From NCBI GenBank assembly GCA_016187125.1, contig JACPKF010000001.1:169653-233652 (forward strand): a stretch of 64,000 bases of DNA. The letters are read 5' to 3'. Under the pieces are notes generated by a model. That model saw only the letters and a list, made by a program, of their open reading frames with translations, made no database searches and had not been told where the DNA came from. The translations under genes were made by a program, and so were the position numbers. The DNA comes from Candidatus Saccharimonadota bacterium. Its GTDB lineage: Bacteria > Patescibacteriota > Saccharimonadia > Saccharimonadales > UBA10212. Shown one piece after another: positions 57,376 to 64,000 of this stretch (position 1 is the first letter of the stretch; every line of letters starts with the position of its first letter).

Positions 57376-58347
57376 ATGAGTGAGCATAAAGAGTTCTTAT
57401 TGTCTGTAGTTGTGCCCGTTTATAACGAGAGCGCTGGACTGCTGGAGTTTCATAAATCGCTGCTGAAGCAGATAGAAAAAGTCGCTAAAAACGGCTATGA
57501 AATAATTTACTGCGACGATGGCAGCAGCGATGAGACCGCCAAGATTGTTCGTGAGCTTCATAAAGATAATCCCAAAATCAAGCTCATTAGATTGTCGCGC
57601 AATTTTGGTAAAGAAAGCGCTCTTTCCGCCGGAATCCATGCCGCAACTGGTGATGCAATTTTGATGATCGATGGTGACGGACAATACCCAGTTGAATTAA
57701 TTCCAGATTTTATTGCCAAGTGGCAAACTGGCTCCGATGTTGTAGTAGGCATTAGATCTAGTAACAAAGGCGAAGGTTGGTTTAAAAAAATTGGTTCCCA
57801 TTATTTTTATAAGTTATTTAACCGACTGACCGGCGAAAAACTAATCCCCAGGTCAACTGATTTTCGCTTGATTGATCGTAATGTTCAAGAAGCCTTTATT
57901 ACCCTTGGTGAGACCGACCGAATGACCAGAGTACTAATTGATTGGCTGGGGTTTAGTAGAAGTTTTATAGATTTTGAAGCCAATGCCAGAAGCAGCGGAC
58001 CGGCTGGCTATAATCGTCGCAAATTAGTTAAACTTGCCACACACAGCTTTGTTTCTATGACACCTGTGCCTCTTTTTTTGTTTGGTTATCTTGGCGTTTT
58101 TATAACGGCAGGCGCTTTGCTGTTGGGTGGATCGGTGTTGATTGAGCAGATTTTACTTGACGATCCCTGGCACTGGAAGTTCACCGGTACGGCTATGATC
58201 GGCATCCTGCTGCTATTTTTAGTCGGCATCGTTTTAATGGCCCAGGGTATGCTGTCGCTTTATATCTCACATATCCATAGCCAAGCTAAACAACGACCGT
58301 TATACGTAATTGACTATGAAAATTCAGCAGGCATCAGAAAAGTTTAA
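57376..58347 (+). CDS. GT2 polyprenyl-phosphate glycosyltransferase (GtrB/CsbB/DPM1-like) with C-terminal TM helices
   Basis: LSVVVPVYNES, DDGSSD, DGDGQ motifs; two C-terminal TM segments. Confidence 0.85.
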   Translation: MSEHKEFLLSVVVPVYNESAGLLEFHKSLLKQIEKVAKNGYEIIYCDDGSSDETAKIVRELHKDNPKIKLIRLSRNFGKESALSAGIHAATGDAILMIDGDGQYPVELIPDFIAKWQTGSDVVVGIRSSNKGEGWFKKIGSHYFYKLFNRLTGEKLIPRSTDFRLIDRNVQEAFITLGETDRMTRVLIDWLGFSRSFIDFEANARSSGPAGYNRRKLVKLATHSFVSMTPVPLFLFGYLGVFITAGALLLGGSVLIEQILLDDPWHWKFTGTAMIGILLLFLVGIVLMAQGMLSLYISHIHSQAKQRPLYVIDYENSAGIRKV

Positions 58348-58744
58348 AAGTTTTAGTCCGCAGCTAAAAAAATATCTGTTCATTGGTGTTAGCGTATACG
58401 TATTTGAGCTTGCAGTAATAGTCGTGGCTCAAACTCTGGGAGCCAGCGCCGTTTTGGCAGTGGGCTTGAGTTTTTGGCTTGGTCTAATAGTTTCGTTCTT
58501 TTTGCAAAAATTAGTTACTTTTGGCGATAAGCGCATGCATCATAAAATTCTGATCCCCCAAGTTATTGCTTTTAGCCTACTGGTTATTTTTAATTTTGGA
58601 TTCACGGTCTTAGTGACGAAGCTACTGGCCAGTTTTGTCCCAGCTGTAGCTACCAGGACCTTAGCCTTGGGCGTTACAACTTTATGGAATTTTTATCTTT
58701 ACAAAACTCGGATTTTTAAGACGGACGAAAAACTTTTGTTTTAG
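58310..58744 (+). CDS. GtrA-family small 4-TM protein (putative polyprenyl-P-sugar flippase)
   Basis: 144 aa, four TM helices, GtrA-like pattern; overlaps GT2 end. Confidence 0.7.
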   Translation: MTMKIQQASEKFKSFSPQLKKYLFIGVSVYVFELAVIVVAQTLGASAVLAVGLSFWLGLIVSFFLQKLVTFGDKRMHHKILIPQVIAFSLLVIFNFGFTVLVTKLLASFVPAVATRTLALGVTTLWNFYLYKTRIFKTDEKLLF

Positions 58745-58809
58745 AAGTAGCTATATTAAAGAGCTGTGACTAAGTACAATGATTAAGATAAATAAGGCAT
58801 ATATACTCA

Positions 58810-61416
58810 ATGTGGTATAAAAAACTGACTAATTTTATCTCCCAGAACTTTCCGTCTTTTACAAATCGCGTCAATGAATTTAAACAAACCATAAACACAC
58901 CTGATTTCGCTAGAAGATATGCTATTTTTTCGGTGGTCATTTTACTGGGGACGAGCTTTGTTTGGGCTTTACTGGCAGCAAGTTTGCAACGTGGCAACGC
59001 CGACCAATCAATTAACTCTTATCTTTTTGATAGCTCCGCCACGTTTAACGAGGCCACTTTACCGGCAGCTCATAGTTTTTTAATCAAATGGCCGCTGTTC
59101 TTCTTCCTACATCTGTTTGGTGTTTCTGGCTTTAGCCTGGCCTTTTTTACAGTTCTAACGGTTTTGATCACGGTGTCGGTTTTGGCGCTAATTATCCGCA
59201 AAATTGAGTCTCGTCCCCTATATTTTGGCACGATTTGTCTAGCTTTGGCCTCAGTACTTTTATTAGTCCCCGCCCAGCCTTACGCCGGGGGCCTATTGCC
59301 AGTCAATATGGCCATGATTGCTACGCGCAATCTAGAGTACGTGCTATATATCGCCAGCCTGATTGTTCTGATAAAATCCCCGCGCCTAAAAAGCATCAGT
59401 TTTTGGCTGGCTACGTCTTTTTTAGCTCTGCTGATCGCCAGCGATAAATTGTTTTTAAGCTTGAGTCTCGGTGGGGCAATTTTAGCGCTACTGGCTTACA
59501 GATTTAGCAGTCAGCGCTTGCTGGCCAAACTATCTGCCAAATGGTTGATGTCCGGATTAATAGCCACAGCTGCAGCCGGAACTATACTTTGGGGACTCAA
59601 CAAATTCGGCGTAACTCACATTGCTAACCAGACTGGGCTTGGTCCATACTCTTTATTTCACGGCTTCCATAACCTAGGCCTTGGAATCATCTACGCTTTT
59701 TTAGGACTGCTGACCAATTTTGGAGCTAACCCGGCCTTTGATGCCACCATTTTTAGAAATGTTCCTACTCAGCTGCAGGCCCGGTTAGTGGATGTAGGTG
59801 GGCCAGCCTTTTTAATAAATGCCGCGATTTTCGTGGTTGGACTTTTCTTGGTCCTACGTCTAATACTGAACAGCCTGAATCAAACAACCCAACGCGACAA
59901 GCCAGAGCCAGACCAATCACTTAAACTATCCTTGCTTTTAATCTGGACGTCCGTGGCAGCTATGGTCGTCTTTGTCTTGACTAATCATTATTACGCCGTT
60001 GACGCCCGATATTTAACCATAACCTTATTCACGCTTTTTATAGCTGGCGCAGCTTATCTGCGCCAAACAGTCTTGCGGCCCAAGATGCTGGTAGCCGCCG
60101 GCATGGTTATGAGCCTCGGCATTATACTTGGTATAACTGTGCTGGCCAGAACCTATGACGCCGGCAAAGACGCACTGAGTGAGACGACTAAGCGCAACTT
60201 GCTGGTAGCTCAAGCTTTATCTCATCACTCGGTGAATACTTTAGTAGGTGATTATTGGCGAGTCATTCCAACCAGGCTGGCATCTAAAAACCGTATCAAT
60301 GTCATGCCGCTGGCCGCCTGCACCAAACCGCGTGATAGCTTGACCACTTTGGCTTGGCAACCCGACCTTAAAACCACCAGCTTTGCTTATTTGCTTTCTT
60401 TGGACAAGAGCCTGACCGATTATCCCCATTGCACATTGGATCAAGTGGTTGCTGCCTACGGACGACCCAATAGCAGCACCCTAATTGCCGGTAGCTTAGA
60501 GAACCCGAAAGAATTGGTACTTTTTTATGATAAAGGCATCAACAAAACTTCCCCAAGGTCCAGTCAAGCTCAACAGGCCCCCAGTACCGTTCTGCCGACT
60601 TCCTTAGATAAATTAGCGAATGTCCATTGCGACGGTCCAACTATTATGAATATCGTCGCTCATCAAGATGACGACTTGCTGTTTATGAATCCGGACTTGC
60701 TCCATGAAGTTAAGACTGGAAATTGTATACGAACCATTTACATTACCGCCGGTGATGCCGGCTCTGGCGAGTTTTATTGGCTGTCTCGCGAGCAAGGATC
60801 AGAATCGGCCTATTCAAAAATGCTAAATTACAGCGGCGTTTGGATAAAAAGAATTGTCAAAATAGCCGACAACCAATTTATTCGAGTCGATAACCCCAAA
60901 GGCAACTCTAAAGTCAGCCTGATTTTTTTACGTCTGCCGGATGGTAACACTAGAGGCCAGGGTTTCAAAGTCAATAACTTTGAAAGTCTAGAAAAACTGC
61001 AAAACGGCAAAATTTCAGTCATGTATACGGTGGGCCATCAGTCATTTTATAGTTATCAACAGCTTGAGCATGCCATCGTAGCACTCATGCAAACCTACAA
61101 GCCAACCGAAATCCATACTCAGGCTAATTACATCAGTAAAAAGTTCCCCGACCACAGCGACCATATGGCAGTTGGGTATCTAGCCCGCCAAGCCTGGGAA
61201 CAATATGATATCCGAGTGCCTATTAAGTTCTATATCGGTTATCCGATATATGAAAATCCGGTCAACGTCTCGGACCAAGATCTGCAGGATAAACAGGCTG
61301 CCTTTTTTGCTTACGGCCAGTTTGATTCGGGCGTCTGTGATTCCGTTGCTAGTTGTGATAAATCAAAGACCAGCTATGGTGCCTATCTGCCTCGTCAATA
61401 CACGGTTAATGAATAA
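58810..61416 (+). CDS. Large polytopic membrane protein (about 500 aa, more than 10 TM) fused to a C-terminal PIG-L/LmbE-family deacetylase domain
   Basis: N-terminal hydrophobic helices throughout residues 30-450; C-terminal IVAHQDDDLLFMNPDL...ITAGDAG matches the LmbE/PIG-L AHPDDE zinc-site motif. Confidence 0.7.
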   Translation: MWYKKLTNFISQNFPSFTNRVNEFKQTINTPDFARRYAIFSVVILLGTSFVWALLAASLQRGNADQSINSYLFDSSATFNEATLPAAHSFLIKWPLFFFLHLFGVSGFSLAFFTVLTVLITVSVLALIIRKIESRPLYFGTICLALASVLLLVPAQPYAGGLLPVNMAMIATRNLEYVLYIASLIVLIKSPRLKSISFWLATSFLALLIASDKLFLSLSLGGAILALLAYRFSSQRLLAKLSAKWLMSGLIATAAAGTILWGLNKFGVTHIANQTGLGPYSLFHGFHNLGLGIIYAFLGLLTNFGANPAFDATIFRNVPTQLQARLVDVGGPAFLINAAIFVVGLFLVLRLILNSLNQTTQRDKPEPDQSLKLSLLLIWTSVAAMVVFVLTNHYYAVDARYLTITLFTLFIAGAAYLRQTVLRPKMLVAAGMVMSLGIILGITVLARTYDAGKDALSETTKRNLLVAQALSHHSVNTLVGDYWRVIPTRLASKNRINVMPLAACTKPRDSLTTLAWQPDLKTTSFAYLLSLDKSLTDYPHCTLDQVVAAYGRPNSSTLIAGSLENPKELVLFYDKGINKTSPRSSQAQQAPSTVLPTSLDKLANVHCDGPTIMNIVAHQDDDLLFMNPDLLHEVKTGNCIRTIYITAGDAGSGEFYWLSREQGSESAYSKMLNYSGVWIKRIVKIADNQFIRVDNPKGNSKVSLIFLRLPDGNTRGQGFKVNNFESLEKLQNGKISVMYTVGHQSFYSYQQLEHAIVALMQTYKPTEIHTQANYISKKFPDHSDHMAVGYLARQAWEQYDIRVPIKFYIGYPIYENPVNVSDQDLQDKQAAFFAYGQFDSGVCDSVASCDKSKTSYGAYLPRQYTVNE

Positions 61417-61419
61417 AGT

Positions 61420-62583
61420 TTAAAATTGTTTTAGATAATTAGTATTAAAACTGGTGGTAAGTTTTTGCTTGGTTGCCCAGCGCTCCTCGGCTAGTTCAAT
61501 GAGTTTAGATACAAGATCAACATTAGAAATGCCGGCCTGGCGCCAGTTGTGGGCATATAAACCACCGGGCAGGGGGTTAACTTCGTTAAAATAAACTTTA
61601 CCGGCTTTGGTATCAATCAACATATCCACTCTAGCTATGCCGCTGCAGCCTAAGGCTCGATAAACCTTTAAGCCCATTTCCTCAGCTTTCTGGTAAAGGT
61701 CTTTGGGTAGGGGTGCTGGAATCTCGCTATACCCCTGGGACCCTTTTGTGCCCCCACCTTTACCACCTTTTTTGCCACCTTTCATGTACTTATATTCAAA
61801 ATCGAAATAATCTTCAGGTTTAGTTAATGGATGTTCGAGAAGCGCTGGGGTCAGCTTGTCATTACCGATAATAGGCAGAGTGACTTCAACGAGATTCGAT
61901 ACCCCTTCTTCAACGATCACCTTATCATCATAATGGGCTGCAACCTCAAGTGCATTCATTAGCTCGCCCTCTTTTTCAACTTTTGAAATACCAATACTCG
62001 AACCAAGATGGGCCGGTTTTACAAACAAGGGGTATTTGAGACTCTTGGCCTTACTCAAGACTTTTGTGTGATTTTCAACCAGTTCTTTAGCCTCAAACCA
62101 GACCCAGGGAGTGCTGGCAATCCCTGATGCCTCGGCAACCTGTTTGGCTAACACTTTGTCCATAGCAATGGCGCTGGCTGTCATATCACAACCCACAAAC
62201 GCTACATTGGCCATTTGCAGCAGGCCCATAAGCTCGCCATCTTCGCCGTGCGTACCGTGCATGGCTGGAAAAACCACATTGATTTTACGGTATATCTTGC
62301 GACCGGCAAATTGGCTAGACTTGACTAAACTTAACTCATTATCAAATAACAAATGGACCTTGGGAGCTTTAACTCTAAAATCGTCTATTTCACCGCTTTG
62401 GTAAATAGAAATGTCTTTTAGTTTATCGTCCCAGTACCAAGAGCCGTCCTTGGCAATATACACGGCTTCAACGCGATATTCTTTGGTAAGTTCCAGTGGT
62501 TTAATAACTGATGCCAGGGCCGTGACAATCGAAACATCATGCTCGGTTGATTGTCCACCAAAAATAACCGCGACTGTTTTCAC
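61420..62583 (-). CDS. ddl: D-alanine--D-alanine ligase with Gly/Lys-rich insertion
   Basis: ATP-grasp Ddl family; insertion GGKKGGKGGGTKGSQG. Confidence 0.9.
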   Translation of the reverse strand: MKTVAVIFGGQSTEHDVSIVTALASVIKPLELTKEYRVEAVYIAKDGSWYWDDKLKDISIYQSGEIDDFRVKAPKVHLLFDNELSLVKSSQFAGRKIYRKINVVFPAMHGTHGEDGELMGLLQMANVAFVGCDMTASAIAMDKVLAKQVAEASGIASTPWVWFEAKELVENHTKVLSKAKSLKYPLFVKPAHLGSSIGISKVEKEGELMNALEVAAHYDDKVIVEEGVSNLVEVTLPIIGNDKLTPALLEHPLTKPEDYFDFEYKYMKGGKKGGKGGGTKGSQGYSEIPAPLPKDLYQKAEEMGLKVYRALGCSGIARVDMLIDTKAGKVYFNEVNPLPGGLYAHNWRQAGISNVDLVSKLIELAEERWATKQKLTTSFNTNYLKQF

Positions 62584-62608
62584 GTTTTAATTATACAGTT
62601 AGGGTTAA

Positions 62609-63991
62609 TTATTGGTAATTATCTGGCCAGTCGTTTTGCAGTAAAATCAGGTCGCCGGCAGCCACAAATTGATCCAAATGATTATAAAAATTTAGCGGGT
62701 CTTCCTCGATAACCAGTTGCCCTTCGTAGCCCTTGTCCCTAATGCCAGCAGTAATCCAGTCGGTCACCGAATGTTTCATTAGTACTACCAAATCAGGCTT
62801 GGCTTCAGCAATAGCCGCGCCGAGACGATGATGAATCGTAGAGCTCTCTTTGCCTTGGTCAACCAGACCCGGCGTGACGTAAATTTTACGCTTAGCCGGC
62901 AGTACTTTTAGCAACTTGAGTCCGGCTAACATACCCTCAATATTGCCATTATATGTATCGTCAATGATCCAAGCGCCCCCAGCCTCCCTGGGTTGCATAC
63001 GATTCTCGAAGGGCTGAATTCTGGCAATTCCTTCTTCGATTTGTTTCTTAGTAAATCCCAAACTGGAGGCTATGGATGCTGCGGCGGCCAACGGGCCAAC
63101 TTGGTGCTCGCCCAAAAGATGGCTATTTATTTGCAGACTCGCACCAGACTTTACCATCTTAAAGCTTAGGCCACTGATACTGACTTTTATATCCGATATT
63201 TTCCAGTCAGCCACTTCTTTCTGGCTGTAGATAAGATGACCTTTTTTAACAAACGGCAAAAGCTGCTTACTTTCGCCGTTAACATAAACATTCTTATTAC
63301 CCAAAAAATCTGCCAAAGAAAATATATCTTCGCCGGCTCTTTGAAGGGTTTTGTATTTATCTAAATGAGCCGGCGCTAGTCCGGTAATAACGCCGATGTC
63401 CGGTTTTGTTGTCCTGCAAAAATTTGCCACATCACCAGGGGTACCCTCCCCAAATTCGATTATCAATACTTCCTCATCGCCTTTTAGACTCCTGGCAAAT
63501 TGGGCGTGGCTAATCGCCACGTTCTTGTTGGCCACAGTGGCGGCGACTTTTTTGCCTTCGTTAAGAACTGTAGCCAGAATTTCTTTCATAGTAGTTTTGC
63601 CATAACTGCCAGCCACGGCAATTTTAGTCCCTGGATGATCTGCAAAAGACTGAGCCGAATGACGAATTTGGAGTAAGTTGTAGGGATTAATAATTATCCA
63701 TCTGCCCAGCAAGAGAGGAATTATTATTAAATGTCCCCAGACTATGGGCGCTATAATTATGAGAGTTAAGGCTAATTGGGCCAGTGGATAACTGTGTGAA
63801 TCAGTTGCCCAAATCAGAAACACAACCCCGGCGGCGTACTGCAATAGTAGGCCTGTCTGCATTGCGAGTAGTAGCCAGCGGGCCGGGCCTGTCATAACTA
63901 ATTGGCGTCGATGCATGACGCGACTAAAGTCGCTAGTTCGCCAGAACCATTTTAGATAAGGCAGAAGTTGGTACTCTGTGGCCTGGAGCAT
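62609..63991 (-). CDS. murF: Mur ligase, probable UDP-MurNAc-tripeptide--D-Ala-D-Ala ligase, with unusual N-terminal 2-3 TM-helix domain
   Basis: P-loop VAGSYGKTT, Mur ligase middle and C-terminal domains; adjacent to ddl; N-terminal 120 aa strongly hydrophobic; start lies 9 nt from the window edge. Confidence 0.75.
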   Translation of the reverse strand: MLQATEYQLLPYLKWFWRTSDFSRVMHRRQLVMTGPARWLLLAMQTGLLLQYAAGVVFLIWATDSHSYPLAQLALTLIIIAPIVWGHLIIIPLLLGRWIIINPYNLLQIRHSAQSFADHPGTKIAVAGSYGKTTMKEILATVLNEGKKVAATVANKNVAISHAQFARSLKGDEEVLIIEFGEGTPGDVANFCRTTKPDIGVITGLAPAHLDKYKTLQRAGEDIFSLADFLGNKNVYVNGESKQLLPFVKKGHLIYSQKEVADWKISDIKVSISGLSFKMVKSGASLQINSHLLGEHQVGPLAAAASIASSLGFTKKQIEEGIARIQPFENRMQPREAGGAWIIDDTYNGNIEGMLAGLKLLKVLPAKRKIYVTPGLVDQGKESSTIHHRLGAAIAEAKPDLVVLMKHSVTDWITAGIRDKGYEGQLVIEEDPLNFYNHLDQFVAAGDLILLQNDWPDNYQ

Positions 63992-64000
63992 GTAGACAAT

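Overview
This is a bacterial chromosomal segment of about 48-50% GC, densely packed with housekeeping genes and read with the standard genetic code: TGA terminates purC and prs. The recognisable content runs in this order:
- 5'-truncated atpD and atpC.
- A nearly complete de novo purine cluster: purL, purM, purE, purC, purB, purD, purN and purF.
- The pyrimidine genes pyrE, pyrF and pyrD, then prs.
- A block of riboflavin kinase, a GNAT acetyltransferase, an APH-type kinase and a HAD hydrolase.
- A two-subunit ATP-citrate lyase (aclB/aclA), an aspartate aminotransferase interrupted by an in-frame TGA, and an archaeal-type PEP carboxylase.
- asd, hom and lysC, a shikimate-kinase-like P-loop kinase, and thrC.
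- A VIT transporter, a TPP enzyme similar to acetolactate synthase, and a secreted hypothetical protein.
- A sugar cluster of a GT4 glycosyltransferase, a HAD-IIB phosphatase and a GH63-like hydrolase.
- tRNA-Gln, VIT and PGPGW membrane proteins, and sodA.
- trmD, a 4-TM protein, a KH-domain protein and rpsP, then rnc, a NUDIX hydrolase, nusB, an unannotated rpmF and leuS.
- A gtrB-like GT2, gtrA, and an 868-aa membrane protein with a C-terminal PIG-L/LmbE deacetylase domain.
- ddl and murF.

The accessory or unusual content is as follows:
- An unknown two-gene insert lies between atpC and purL.
- About 3-5 kb of island-like DNA lies downstream of purB. It is marked by three diverged copies of the purB 3' end and carries an iteron-rich, replicon-like region with an RHH protein and a possible Rep-like protein.
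- A family of heptanucleotide microsatellites occurs at several sites, including inside trmD and leuS.
- Two related perfect palindromes with a GCGATCGC core sit in the pur cluster.
- A roughly 50-nt repeat family flanks the sugar genes.
- A perfect 58-nt inverted duplication links the rpsP and KH-gene tails.

The candidates for undescribed systems are the lipid-linked glycosylation module fused to a deacetylase, and the purB-associated replicon-like islands.

No tools were available, so every call rests on reading the sequence and ORF translations and on remembered motifs of the families named.
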